DNA of 64,000 nt, from contig OZ024741.1 in assembly GCA_964016885.1 (NCBI GenBank), forward strand, positions 147,002,001 to 147,066,000, read 5' to 3'. Positions within the stretch are counted from its first letter, which is position 1, and each line of letters starts with the position of its first letter. Positions 13,279 through 27,707 of this stretch are shown here, piece after piece. Below the pieces are notes generated by a model. It was not told the DNA's origin. It was given only the letters and a program-made list of their open reading frames with translations, and made no database searches. Origin of the DNA: Eledone cirrhosa (taxonomy: Eukaryota). Position numbers and translations under genes: made by a program.

Positions 13279-14534
13279 TATATATATAATTATACCCAAA
13301 TACATCCAGCTTACTTAGTGCTGGTGCAATGACAAAAGCATCCAGTAAAGGGTTTGGTATTAGGTAGAGCCTCTAACAATAGAAACCAAACTAAAAACAG
13401 AACATATGAGCAAGTCATGGCATGGTCACCTAACCAGAAGCCTCAGAGTACAACAACTTATCTAATCCATGCAATCATGGAAAATAGATGTTAAACAGTG
13501 ATAATGATGATACACATTATTTCCACAATTGCAAAAAATAAAAGAAAGAACTCTCAAGAGTCTGCTGAAGCATAACACTCAGTGAATCATAAAACTAGTG
13601 AATCACTGGTATACTTTTGTATTTATAGTATAACTTATATTTAGTTTTGTTTCTCTCATTTGTATATCCATACCTAAAATATATATATACGCACACACAT
13701 ACACATATACACACACATTATATATATATATTCTGATTTTTTTTGCCTCATTTTTGCCAGAAAGACATTTAATGAAAGAAGAAAAATAAATGATAAATAT
13801 GTAAAAAAAAAAAGACCATATATTTTGAAGAATTTATTAATGGATGAATCACTTTCATTCTTGTGAGTTTCTACAATAAGATCTAGAAAACATAAAAAAA
13901 GAGAAATAAAAGGAAACAAGAAAGGAAAAAAAAACCTACTGTTTCTATCAATACATTGGTAATTACATTTCAAATAAGTAGCAGCTATTTGGTAAAATGA
14001 AAATATTCCATTATGCTTAATGGCAAACAACTAAACAGTTCACCTTCACATAGTCCATCCAAGTTAAGTCAGCCAAAAATCCTCACACTCAATTCCTTTA
14101 ACTCATTTGATACCAACCAACCAATGACTGCTTCTTAATTTAAAGTATTCACATTTAAATTAACATTTTTCATCATAATTTTACATAAGAGCATTTCTAT
14201 CAGTTATGTTCTAAATATCAGTTTCATAATGGAGAAATTATTTATTTTACTAAATCCTTCCAAATTCTCCATTATTTTCTAATTAATAGGAAGTATCTTT
14301 TCATTAGAAATATGATGGTGAAAGGAATATCAATTATATTGTATTTAGTGCTCAAATGTTAAGCCTTCTCTGAATAACTATGAACTATTGACTTAGTGCT
14401 TGATTCCAGCTTCAGTAACTTTAACCTTATATCTTGTAAAAAAAAACAATATCTATAATGTTTAAATCATTTTGAAAATAATCAAGAATTTTCTTTTAGC
14501 TAAGAATTACACTATCCATGCTTTCAACTTGGTA

Positions 14535-14795
14535 GTGGCACATAGCCTAGTGGTTCGAGTGCTGGACTTATGATTATAAGGTCACAGGTTTTGTTCTCAG
14601 AACAGGTGGCACCTTCTGACATTGAGCAAGACATGTAAATTCCCATTGCTTCAGTCCACTTAACTGAAAAAATAGAATGTATTGAACAAGGAAGACAGTA
14701 GATCTGATTAAGTACTGATGTGTTCTGTAACGACCTATCCCACTCTTGTCAGCATGGAAAAATGAATGTATGATGAGGATAATGATAATGATGAC
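14535..14795 (+). mobile_element. Old CORE SINE with RTE-like tail
   Basis: TAGCCTAGTGGTTCGAG head, TTGAGCAAGACA core, GCATGGAAAAATG..GATGA tail. Confidence 0.6.
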
Positions 14796-15132
14796 ATACA
14801 TACAAAGCAAATACATCTAAGTTAGGATAAGTTCAAAGAAAGCTATTTTGTCAAATAAAATATATATCACAGCCAATGGTTGGTCAGAATATAAAATGTT
14901 TAATAGAATTACCTAAACTTTAGATCAGATGTGCTATGGCAAGTGAACCAAAATAAATTAATAAATAAATAAAAATAAAAAATAAAAAAAAAACATTAAA
15001 ATCTGCTTACGCAAACTAAATAATACATAAAAATATTTGCTATTTATAAAGTTATAAGCAGAATACTGTTGACTTGTTAGAATCTAATTCAAGTTAAAAA
15101 AGGAGTAGTTATTAATTTAATTAATGTTTTAA

Positions 15133-15339
15133 CACTTTAGCATTTAAACCGACCATATTCAGCCAGCATACTATCACCTCTTTCTGTTCAAACTGTAACT
15201 GGCCACTCATACTGATGTTAAGTTATTGTTCTCAAAATAAATAATATCAAAATCTCATAGATTTGATATTATGTGAGATAAAGCCTATATACCACGAAAT
15301 ATACAATAGTAAATATAGAGTAATGTAACTGCTAAAGGG
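15133..15339. mobile_element. piggyBac-like MITE with TTAA target duplications
   Basis: TTAA|CACTTTAGCA ... TGCTAAAGGG|TTAA terminal inverted repeats. Confidence 0.7.
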
Positions 15340-17082
15340 TTAAGGGTAATACTAATTAAGATTTCATTTATCTTATTCATTGTTATAAAGCATTCCAGAA
15401 GTATTTCTTTCTTATATTATTTTCATTGTTACTCCCTTAAACAATTAAAATAATTGTTTCTACTTTTGGCACAAGGCCAGCAATTATCCAGTGTATTCCT
15501 GGTACTTTATTTTAACCCCCCCCCCCTCTTTATCCTTACATGGTCGATAAAATAAAGTACCAGGAATTCATTCACTGGGATAATTGCTGGCCTTGTGTGA
15601 AAAGTAGAAACAATTATTTTAATTGTTTAAGCGAGTAACTTTGAAATAGTTTATGCTCGTTTCTATTGCTGTCATCATCATCAACATCATTTAACATCTA
15701 ATGTTTATACTTGCATGGGTTAGACAGGTTGTCACATTCTGAAGCCAGGCAGGTCAGGTGACCATGACTTGCTTTTATGTTCTGATTTGGGCTTGATTTC
15801 TTCCCTACCTAATGCCAAAAGATTTAAAGCTTGGACATGGAGCCTTTTTCATGTCACCAGCACTACCACCTTACATGATCAACTGGGTGCTTATTATGTC
15901 ACCAGTACTACCACCTTACAGGATGGACTGGGTGCTGTTTATGAAGGTACCAGAATTACCACCTCAAAGAGTGGGCTGTGGTGTATTTGAAAATGTTATT
16001 TAGGTGGGTAACATCTTTCTTGAGACCAGAGGTTTATTAAGCTGATGATTATTCTGGTTTAATGCAGCATTAAGTAACTAAGAGCACAAGAATAGCTCCT
16101 GGATAGAATGCCAATCTGTTGAAAGGTCACCCCACCTCCACCTTAGCTCCAACATTTCTAACTGAATAGTAATGATAAGGTGGAGGATGATGACAATGTT
16201 GATGATGACAATGGGACCACTGGTTACGATGATGATAATAAGAATGATAATGATGACAATGATGGCAACAACAACAGCAATGCATTTAATATATAACCGA
16301 TATAACTTGATTTAAATACAACCTAACCATTTCCTAATTATTTAATTTCCTAACATCAGCAGCTTTCCAACATTTCTAATATAAGAATTGTTAGGTGTAT
16401 AGAGACAGAATTGTAGTTTGCTTATAATTATGGAATCTAGCCTTTGTTTTTATGACATCGTCTATATTTCTGCCAGTACAGCAATTTCTATTGTTATCTT
16501 CTACCATATTTCTACTACTAATATTTCTGGATAAACTTAATTACAGAATAAAGCATTTAATAATATTGTGCAGATGCTCATGTCAATATTACATGATTAA
16601 CTAAAATCTATTTGTTCTATTCTTCATAATTCCTGGTCATATTGCTTGTTAACTCACTGTCTCTCACACACACACACATATGTACACATATATATTTATA
16701 TGTACACACACATAAAAATAAATTCTTTCAAAGAATAAAGTGAAGAAGAGAGAAGCTTCCATCTGAAATCAACACATGAATCAATATCTCCTCTCCATTC
16801 TAGAAACTTATTTCATATCACAGGTAAGAAGAGCAGTACAAACACATTATACAAACAAATAATTAATGACTTAATTACATCAAGAAGCCTAATGAAATAT
16901 TCTAAATTTTAAACAACAAAAAAATATATTTAATTATATTTGGTCAAACCCTGAAAGAATTTCAGAAAAATTCAATTATGTACTACTTTGGAAAAAGATA
17001 TTACTTTAGCCAGAAAACTTTCTAATTCATATTCATATTTTATTAATTTCCATCATTTAATTCACATATCATTCATTATTAC

Positions 17083-17111
<29 letters not shown>

Positions 17112-17113
<2 letters not shown>

Positions 17114-17740
17114 TTCTTTCATTGTTGTTTCTGAGATATATGCCGAGTGTCTTCGTGACACCTAGGGCAAATAAATTCACAGTGTGCATTGGTAAGCCAG
17201 TTAATACAGCACATTGATTATAATTTTAGAAAAAACAGTATACATATATACACATGTCCATATGTAAATACAAGGAGGGATATCAATTTTACAGAGATAG
17301 TGCTCTTCTCAATACGTGTGCAGTACCAGTCAAAACAATTTTTGGCACCTCGTGCAGAGAGGGTAAACCAGGAATCATTCTCAAATATTGTCTGTTCCTT
17401 TCTTGATCATTCCCGTCATCCCACAATCACTGGTATTGTAACTGCCTTGAGGTGCCACATTTTCTCAATTTCAATAAGCAGATCTTTATATTTTCATAGC
17501 TTGTCAAATTCTTTTGCCGCGATATTGTGATCACATGGGATGCTTGTTATGTTGATCTTTTATAATGATGTCAGGTCTATTTGCTTTTATGGCCCTGTCA
17601 GTATGTACAGGAAAGTCCCAAAGAATTGTTACTTTTTCTCCTTCAGTTACAGCCTTAGGGTGATGATTGTACCACTTGTCTTCAGCTTTGATTTTGTAAT
17701 GCCGACATATTACCCACTGTAGATATTGGCCAACTCTGTC
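17112..17740 (-). mobile_element. R4/Dong-clade LINE 3' fragment (restriction-like endonuclease)
   Basis: Minus strand reads KWYNHHPKAVTEGEKVTILWDFPVHTDRAIKANRPDIIIK..KYKDLLIEIEKMWHLKAVTIPVIVG..GTAHVLRRALSL*; (ATT)n on both flanks. Confidence 0.85.
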
Positions 17741-17756
17741 ATTATTATTACTATTA

Positions 17757-17883
17757 TTATTTTATCGACCCCGTAAGGATGAAAGGCGAGGTTAACTTTG
17801 CCTTTCATGCTTACGGCGTCGATAAAATAAAGTACCAGTAATACACTGATTTAATTGCTGGCCTTGTGCCAAAAGTAGAAACA

Positions 17884-17917
<34 letters not shown>

Positions 17918-18110
17918 GGCGGTGGATTGGCAGTATCGCTAGAGGGTCAGACGCCATGCTTTCCAGCATAGTTACGTCCCTTAACGATCTGAGTTCAAAT
18001 CCCGCTGAGGTTGACTTTGCCTTTCATCCTTATGGGGTCGATAAAATAAAGTACCAGTAATGCACTGGGTAATTGCTGGCCTTGTGCCAAAAGTAGAACC
18101 AATTATTATT
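17757..18110 (+). mobile_element. Two tandem family-A SINEs (the first 5'-truncated with a fold-back, the second full length from 17918)
   Basis: Two SINE bodies, each ending GTAGAA.CAATTATT, separated by (ATT)n. Confidence 0.9.
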
Positions 18111-21100
18111 CCTGTCTTTATTGTTTCCTTAGATTTCTTCTTATTATTATTATTGTTATTAGTGCTTATGTGTTCTCTTCATTGATTCACTGCCTACTTT
18201 TCTAAGGATTGTAGAATTCAAACAAATAAATTAAATTTATAGCAAAATTTATAAATCATGTCAATACAACTTTTCTGAGTCAGTTTCAGAGCATTATTCT
18301 ATATGGAAATTTAAATATTATGTCTTAATGAATTCTGTATTGTATGTTTATGAAATTAGCAAGCATGAGACAGCGATTAACAAAACTATTTCTCATTCAT
18401 CAAACAAAGTAATAATAGAAACATACTTATTTTAATTGTAATATGCATTATTATAACACACTTTATTATAATTACAGTATTCTCAATTTCCACCAAACAT
18501 TTCTTCCATACTACAGTTATACGGCCATAGCTGTGTGATTAAGGAGCTCACTTCGAAACCATGTGGATATAGGTTTCATTCTACTGTGTGAAACTTTAGG
18601 TAAGTCTCTTCTATTGTAGCTTTAGGTTGACCAATGCTTTGTGGGTGGAATTTCATAGTTGGAAACGTTCATTTTTCCATGCTAGTATAGATTGGATGGG
18701 TTGTCACAGACCAAGTGAGCACTCAATCAGAACCAATGTGCTTACAGATGGACTGGGGGTTAAATCTCAGATACATTCCAACACCTTACAGAGTGTACTG
18801 GGTGTATTTTATCATGGCACTACAACTAGGAGTGTTGTTATGCTCGACACACCCTCAGGATCTTCTCAACCCTTTTTTGGCAAGTTTTCTACAGATGGAC
18901 ATCTTTACTCTCATCAACCACTTTACAGAGTGTACCACATGCATTTTCTGTAGCATCAGAATTAGTGAGGCTGTCATGTCAGTGAAATGTCTACTAGATA
19001 CTTTTGGCATGATTTCTATGATGAGATACCCCTCCTAACACCAACCTAGACACCAGTGCTAGAAAAATCTTTAGTTATTCATTTGATTAAAGAACTCTCT
19101 TCTCTACTTTATGCAGAGCAGGTACTTAGTCCCATGGTAGTGTGTATAAGGAGTGAGAATGAGGATAAGAAAGAAAGATGGCAAGTATGAAGTTATGGGT
19201 GTATGACAGTAGGTTGGTGGGTGGGATAAGGATGCCTTAATTTAAATGTAAATAAATCTATATAAATTGAATGTTATCCACAATCTCAAGCAAATGCAAT
19301 TGATAAACCTACATTGAACTTCAGTCACCAAACCCATACTGCACAAGAAAAAATAAAATCCAAACACATACCCCAGCCCTCTCAACCAAACAATAACCAA
19401 CCTGCACTAATTACTAGTACAGGGTGACAGACACCATCAGTCTACCACCATCATATTACATAGTTTCTATAGTACTCTACAATAACTGCTATATATGTGT
19501 ATGTACACATGTCTGTAGGTGTATGTATGTGTGTGTGTGTGTGTGTGTACCCTGTAACTTAGCAGTTCAACAAATAGAGAACATATAAGAATGACTAAAT
19601 ATTCATTTATTTCAATCTTTTCAAAATAAGGAATTATGTTAATTTTTTGGCAAGGAAATTGGCTGAGTAATTGAGTGAAATGGCTTAATTAGTAATTAGG
19701 TTTGCTACTTATCATTACTTTTAGATATGATATCATTACTCTCAATGCTTGTGAAATATTAATTCTTAATATCCTGTACCACATGAAACTGCATTAGCAA
19801 GACATTCTTGAAAAGTTCAAAACAGCACTATAGCTCCATCACTTTAAACATTCAAGTATTGACTCTAATAATGCAAATTTTCACAACGATCTATCCTCTA
19901 GTAAAGATACTATAAACATTTGAATTAACAATCCCATTTTTAGATGTTTTCCACTAAACCATTACAGGGTGTTAACAGTAAATATCTGTAGCAATTTTCG
20001 TTTATAGTCCTATAACCTCAACATTTCTGTGATATTTCTTTTATGGTACCATTATTAATAAGAGAGAATACTTACACCAACCTATTTTATAACAAAAAAT
20101 ATGGATGCTATAAAACAAAATCATATTATATGATAAGCAAAATGCAGAATTACTAGGGTTTAAAAACATTTATCAAACAGGTTCCCTATTGTCATGTTTA
20201 TTGACATGTAAAACATGTCAAACTGAAAACCATAAAGGCAAGATATACATTTGGGCAGAAAAGGTTCACAAAAAAGAAGAAGAAGCAGCTTGTTATAAAA
20301 ATAGTGATTTCATTATTTTTCTGACAGATTTATATGATAAATGTTTGGCTAACATGACAAATGTTTCTAAACTCTTCCTTTTAAGAGAAAGGGATTATTT
20401 TCTCTAGCATCCTCACACATATATATGTATGACATCAACACTTTAGAGTTGTCATTTTTTTTAATGGAGGAGCGGCTCTTTTTGAGAGAGAGAGAGAGGA
20501 TGTGTATGTGCATGTGCTGAATAGTAAATAAATTCACTTCACAATCATTAGGTCCTAGGTTAAATCTCAGTGTCATTTACCATAGTTCCAGGTCAACCCA
20601 AGCCTTATGAGTGACATATGGTAGAAGGAAATTATTTGGAAGCCGTTTGCATGGACTGTACTTGAATTCAAAAAGCCAGCATTGTTGTGTTGAATCTCTT
20701 TCAGAATTACATTAAGTACACATCAGTGGAATGCTCAAACACTTGCATGGTAATTTCATGAGCAAACAGCACTGTTAATCGAACAGCTAAAACACTCATT
20801 ACTGAAAGAAACAGAGGTCCTCCATTCTGTGCGTGTGTATGAAGGAAAATATGCCAGTAATATAGAGAGTTACAGATAGATAATATTGAAGTGACAGCAC
20901 TGTACATCAACTGAAGTAACATTCCACCTGTTGTTCGAGTCCTGTGGCTGGACGGGAGATTTGGACTCTACTGTTCCATGCTAGCCCATTGCATGTAGAC
21001 ATGTATCAGCAATTAAGTAATTCTTTTCTTACCATATTTCTAACAAGAATATACTACCTTTTGTGGTTTAACAAAGTAATTGAGAATTATGAGAGGTACA

Positions 21101-21882
21101 GAGAAATAACTAGGTTTCAATTCAATAATAAATGACAAATATTTAACTACGGAAAACTAATATTATTTGTCATGTAAGAATGAGACTTCAGTCCAAGTTT
21201 TGAATTTAAATTTGAACACTTTGATAGAGGCAGTTTAGGACTGGTACTTTATTTCATCAACCCCAGAAGAATGAAAGGCAAAGTTGTCTTAAACTCAATT
21301 TGAACACAAAGAAAAACAAAGCCAACTATGAACGTAACCCTCATGGAATAAGACCTTAGTAAAACTAAGTCAACTATAAACTAAATGCCTACACTAAGAC
21401 ATCATCCATATTTTTGACTTATCTGTAAACAAACCACAAGCCCTCTCTAATTACCAGTATGGGGGAGACAAACTTTTTTAAGCTGCAGTGGTCATGTTAC
21501 ACTGTTTCTGTATAATAGTAAACAATACTTATTTTTATCTGCAGTGACTATCACCACATTGCATACAAATCTACACCAACTACTTACCTGTGATTAACAG
21601 ATAGATTTATTTAAAAACTCTATAATGCTATTCCTCCTAACAAACCGGAAACCCCTGAAATCAGTGTTAGCCATCCAAACCATGTGAAATTATAAATTAT
21701 ATGTATGAAAAATTCAGAACCCCAACGGCTGAACTCCTGCCATTTCAACAGCTATATCTGAATGTTCGAGGTCTTGAATTGTTCATATTACCCACTATAC
21801 TACCCCAAGTATAAAGTACTCTGGTGAATAGGTGAATAATGGTCTAACTAGTTTTCACTGCTTCCATTCTGATATATATATA

Positions 21883-23096
21883 AGGAAACTAGGTGTAGAG
21901 GAATGGCTTGTGAGGGCAGTGCAAGCTATGTACAGGGGTGCTGTCAGTAAAGTGAGGGTAGGAATGGAGTTCAGTGAAGGATTCCAGATACAAGTAGGTG
22001 TACATCAAGGTTCCGTCCTCAGCCCACTCTTGTTCATTATAGTCCTCCAAGCCATAACAGAGGAGTTTAAGACTAGATGCCCATGGGAACTTCTCTATTC
22101 TGATGATCTGACTCTTATAGCAGAATCAGTAGAGGAGCTAGAGAATAAATTCTGGCTATGGAAACAACAGTTGGAATCAAGAGGCCTGAGAGTGAACATA
22201 GCTAAAACAAAAGTGTTGATAAGTAGAAGAGAGGACAATACTCTGATTCCATCAGGGAAATGGCCATATTAGATATGTAGCAAAGGAACTGGCATAAATT
22301 CCATAAAATGTACGCAATGCAGATCTTGGGTACACAAGAGATGTAGTGGGATAGCAGGCAAACTAACAGGTAGGGAAAACTACGTATGCAATAGATGTAC
22401 AGGGAAAGTTGGCAGTAGTAATCTTTGCGATAGACTCATTTTTCCAATGCAGGTGGGTTCTATAGAAGTGGTTGATAGCTTCTGGTACATAGGTGATCAG
22501 ATTAGCATGGGAAGGGGGTGTTCCGAGGCCATAGTATCTAGAATAAGGACGGGTTGGAAGAAGTTTAGGGAGCTGCTTCCTCTGTTGACAAAGAAGGGTT
22601 TCTCCCTGCATATGAAAGGACAGTTATATGATGCCTGTGTAAAATGTGCGATACTGCATGGTAGTGAGACATGGGCAGAAACTGCAGAAGATATGCGATG
22701 GCTGGAGAGAAATGAAGCAAGTATGCTCCGTTGGATATGCAATGTCAATGTGCGTGAACGACCAAGTATAGACGAGTTGAGAAAGAAACTGGGTTATAAG
22801 AAGGATAAGTTGTGTGCAGGAGAGAAGGCTGAGATGGTATGGACATGTGATGCGCATGGAGGATGACCGCTGGGTGAAGAAGTGCCAGGAAGTTCCAGTG
22901 GAGGGAAGACGCAGTAGAGGTAGACCACAAAAAACATGGGTGGAGGTGGTGAGAGCAGACCTCAGATCGCTGAAACTCACCGAGATGACGAAGGAAAGTG
23001 ACAAGTGGAGATGCTGTGCTGAATAGAACCCGTTCAACCCTTGCAAGCAGGAAAAAGCAAACGTAAAATGATGATGATGATGATGATGATGATGAT
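21883..23096 (+). mobile_element. RTE LINE 3' fragment, second subfamily with short 3' UTR
   Basis: [44 protein letters not shown]; ends CCCTTGCAAGCAGGAAAAAGCAAACGTAAAA(TGA)n. Confidence 0.9.
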
Positions 23097-23104
23097 AATT
23101 TGTG

Positions 23105-23310
23105 GATGATCATGTTGCCAATTTTGCCAATAAAAAACACACTATTTGACTTTCACTTCAGATTTATTATTATTAGTTATTTCATCAAAGGTCTTTTGTG
23201 ACACATTCCATGATCTCCTGAAACACTATATTATCCTGAAACACTATATTCTCTCTGTCTCCTCTTCTTTCTGGTCATTATTCTGTTTACTCCATCTCGT
23301 TTTTCTGTGG
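23105..23310 (-). mobile_element. Decayed single-arm copy of the element that forms the 53731-54295 palindrome
   Basis: Shares TCATGTTGCCAAT..AAACAC..CTTTCACTTCA..TCAAAG.TCTTT.GT.ACACATTC..TGA.CTC with 53808-53966. Confidence 0.6.
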
Positions 23311-23604
23311 TACATTTATACATATATATATATGTATGTATGTATATATTTATATATGTATATATATATATGTATATATATATATATTTATTAAAATAGC
23401 AGATTAAAGTTTAAGCAAAGAATCGCTGCTTTCACCCTTAACAGGATCTTACTACAAACCTTATGACAGGCTTAATCACATTCCGCATGAAGTTTTTTTT
23501 GAGACAAGATTGTTATGGCTGGATACCTTTCCTGTCACAAAACCCTTTTAGTCACCTCTTTCGACATCATATGAATTCTAAATTGGATACACATATAATG
23601 TACT

Positions 23605-23960
23605 TATCATCATCATCACCGTTTTAGATCCATTCTTCCACGTAGCATGGGTTAGACAGGTTGCCCTGTTTAGGCAGTGTCCGGTCGGCTGACCTTGTCT
23701 TGCTTATACGGGAACTGATTCTGGCTTGATTTCTACAGCTGGATGCCCTTCCTAACACCAACCACATTTACAGTGAGTGCTGGGTGCTTTTTTCCGTGGC
23801 GCCTACACGTTCACTTTTCAGTGTGGACTGGGTGCTTTTTTGCCATGGCACATCCACGATCACTTTTCAGTGGGGGAGTGTGGGGGCATATTGTTTATAT
23901 GCTTCAGCTTCGGCTTGTATCCATGGGGGGGGGGGGTCGGGTCTTCTCTATTACTGCATG
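23605..23960 (-). mobile_element. RTE 3' end/UTR fragment
   Basis: Matches the reverse complement of 52190-52540. Confidence 0.85.
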
Positions 23961-24092
23961 ACGCCAGCTCCACTAGTGCATCACCTTTACCTTTGTAGCA
24001 GTTGAAAATGATGCTACTGCACCAATCCTTATATACTTACATATACATAGCAGCTGGATTTTTTTTCTTTATTGATATCTACTTTGTAAGTT

Positions 24093-24127
<35 letters not shown>

Positions 24128-27100
24128 ATGTGTGTATGTGTGTGTGTGTATGTGTGTGTGTGTGTGCATGTGTGTATGAGTGTGTTTTGATATCTACTTT
24201 GTAATCTGCACTGTAATATATTTCCAGCTTGCACTAAAAGTAAACTATCGTAATGATATATTCAAATAATATAAACCCATTAGAAAATGGATACAAAACA
24301 GATATCAGAGCAGATATACAATACCTTGGAAATGTATATATAAAAGTGTATATATATATATAGTTAGAAATTATTGTTTCAATACACTCTATGATAAAAG
24401 ATGATAAGTTTTTAATAGATTGAAACTTTATATTTATATTTCAACTAAAAAATATTTTTCACACCTTCCAAGATTCAAACTATTAAAACGATTGTATGGC
24501 TTTGAAATTTCTATAAATCATGTGCACAAATGCATTTGTGTGTGCAGGCTTGGTTGTGTGACTAAGGAGTTTGCTTTGCATGTTTACAGGTTATACATGT
24601 TATACATGTTTACAGATTCGCTCCCAGTGCACAACACTGCTATAGCATGTCTTCTGCTAAAACCTCAGGTTAGCCAATAACTTGTGAGTAGAATTTGGGA
24701 GATGAAAACTGTTTGGAAGCCAAACATGTATATTCATTTATGTGGCCTTATCCGTATTTATGTTTAATATCTGTTTATGTCCTGACAAAAAGTGATTGAT
24801 AAAATAAATACCAGGCTTGAAAAAATAATTACTGGGATCGATATGATTGATTAAATCCCATGGCTGCGATCTAATGACTAAAAGCAGAAAAGAAATTTAA
24901 AAGAGCATATATATATATATATATTCATTAATTTTCAGCAATTCTTTGAAGCTGCTTACACACATCTATGATTTTTTCAGCTTTCAAGTGAAGCCAATAT
25001 TCTGTATAATGCTTGCACTATAGAACATTTCATTCATCAGAAATTGGCTAGAGATCACAAAGATTTTGACAACTACTTCCAACAGTATATCTTCCTCCAG
25101 TTGTGCTCAAGCAATAATGAGACTACCAGGGAATGTCCAGATTCTTTTAGCCCACACAGTGACACTGTTGTCTTTCCTTACAGTTATTGATGCAACCACA
25201 ACATCAAACAAAGAAGTAACCATGCAAAAAAACATAAAATGTATAACAAAAACGATGGCTGCTTTTCTGATGTTACATATGCCAGATGATGATATAAGTA
25301 ATGTATAGATTTGTATACACATACATATACATGTAAACATAAGTGTGTGTGTGTGTGTGCGCGCATGTAAAAGGTAAACAGAAATAACAAAAATAATAAA
25401 ACAAACGACACAGTACATGGAAGAAATATTTTAGTTTAATGCTTGCAATAGCAGGAAGAGAGTCTTAGCATTTCAAACAGTAGCCCTTTATCAGAAGATA
25501 GAATTAGAAATAGAAAATAAATAGAAAGTAAAGAGTGATGAGGGGAAGGAACGGGGAAAATGAGAAAAAAAGTGGGGAGAAAATGATGTGAGTATTCAGT
25601 TGGCCATTGCACAGGTTAGATGGCTATCACATGCTGAGGCCTGACTGGTCAGGTGACCAGGTACTGCGTGTACATTTATTTTTGGCTTGGTTTCAATGGC
25701 CCTATCTAATGCCATTCACTTTACAACATGTACTGGGAGCATTTTATTGTGACTCTAGCACATCCACTTTTAGAGGGTAGACTGGGTGCTTTTTACATGG
25801 CACCAACACTAGCACCTTACAGTTTGGATTGGGTGTTCTTTGTCATGGCACCAGCACTAGCACCATACAGGATGGAATGAGTGCTTCTGTAGCAGCACAA
25901 TCTAGAGAGGGGGACATAGTGATGGCTTTGAATTAGATGGTATGACATATTGTAGGAGTGCGCCTGGTTTCCTTTGATGGCCTAAAAGCAGGAGGGATGT
26001 TTATATGCTGCTTGGAACAAGTAGGTGGGTTATGTCTGTCATTTTGGGGTGTGCCCTGGGCTAGGAAAGTGTTGGTGGTGCAAAAGTTCAGTAGGAATGG
26101 TGAATCAGTCAAGAGTTATCCTAGTTTTTCATGCTAGCATGGGTTGGGCCAGGCAGGCACCTGGGAGTTGTTTCATCTCTCTGCTTCTTTGGGTTTAGTA
26201 TGGAGAAGAGAATCGGAGGCATGCAGGCAGGGTGTTCAGGATTATACTGGCCGGTAGGGGCTGGTACCTGAGTGTTGTAACACCTCTCTGCTTCTTTGGG
26301 TTTAGGGTGGAAGGAGCTAGGTGGTTTTGCCATCCCCTTTGTGTTGCTCCATTCCACTTTCATGGAAAGGCGAGTTCTCTGTATTATGGAATATCGCCAG
26401 TTTTCTTGATCCCAGGTCATCTTCTTTGTGAAATTCAATTACATGACATTGACCTTCACTGCACATTCCCACGTTTTCCCAGGCCTAACACTTCTTAGGG
26501 TTCCATGTGTATTTATACACACACACACCCATACACATGTATGTACATGTAGATGTGAGAAGTAGATGAAGTGTTAACATCAGGAAGGGCAATCAGATGA
26601 AAGATATTGTTTTAAAAAGTCCCATCCAGCCCATGCCAGCATAGTAAAGTAGACATACAACAATAATGATGATATGAGTGTGTGTGATATGTACAATGTG
26701 TGTATATGTGTGCATGTGCCATATGTGTGTATCATAAATAAACACCTCCAATCATAGTCTCTATAAATTTTGCCTATACGCGCACACACACACACATACA
26801 TGCACACACACAAATCCTTGAAGATTAAGTCAACTGGAATGAATCAGGAATAGTAAATTTTGTTAATGGGAATGACAAGAATAAACAGACAGAATTTTGA
26901 AATACAAACTACAGTCTACCTGTTAGTACACTTCATCCACAATAGCCCATGACATTACAAACAATAAGTTTTAAGACTATCTTACCTACTAAAACATGCT
27001 GGCCCCATTACGAGTTTCTCTATTTTCCCCTCAACCCCCGTGCTTTCACTTCCTCCTCCATTATTTTAGCTGTGTCTCTCATGATCTTCCTCTTATACAC

Positions 27101-27305
27101 TCTTTTCCATCACTACTCACTCTTCCTTTCTCAACACATGACCTAGCCATCTCATTCCATTTCTTTTCATAACATTCATAACTGGCTCTATTCTTTTCAC
27201 CTAGTCACTTTCATCTTTCCTCAACACATGATCTAGCCATCTCATTCCTTTTCTCTTCACTCATTTCTATTCCCTTCATACTCTCCAATTATTAACATCC
27301 CACAC

Positions 27306-27707
27306 TAATAATTGTTTCTACTTTAGGCACAAGGCCAGCAATTACCCAGTGCATTACTGGTACTTTATTTTATCGACCCCCGTAAGGATGAAAGGCAAAG
27401 TCAACCTCGGCGGGATTTGAACTCGGATTGTAAAGGGACGTAACTATGCTGGAAAGCATGGCGTCCGACCCTCTACCAATACTGCCAATAATGATTTCTA
27501 ATTTAGGCACATGGCCAGTAATTTTGGGGAGCATAAAGTCAATTAAATCAACCCCAATACTTGACTGGTACTTTATTTCATAGAACTCTGAAAGGATGAA
27601 AGGCAAAGTTGACATCAGAGATATTTGAAGTGAGAACATAAAGAGCCATAACAAAAACCCCAAAACATTTATCTGATGTTTTAATGATTCTGCCAATTTG
27701 CTGCCCA
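27306..27707 (-). mobile_element. Two tandem family-A SINEs (young copy next to the tail of an older, longer variant)
   Basis: Two bodies, 27306-27487 and 27488-27707, each with GGATGAAAGGCAAAGT and ATTTGAA. Confidence 0.85.
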
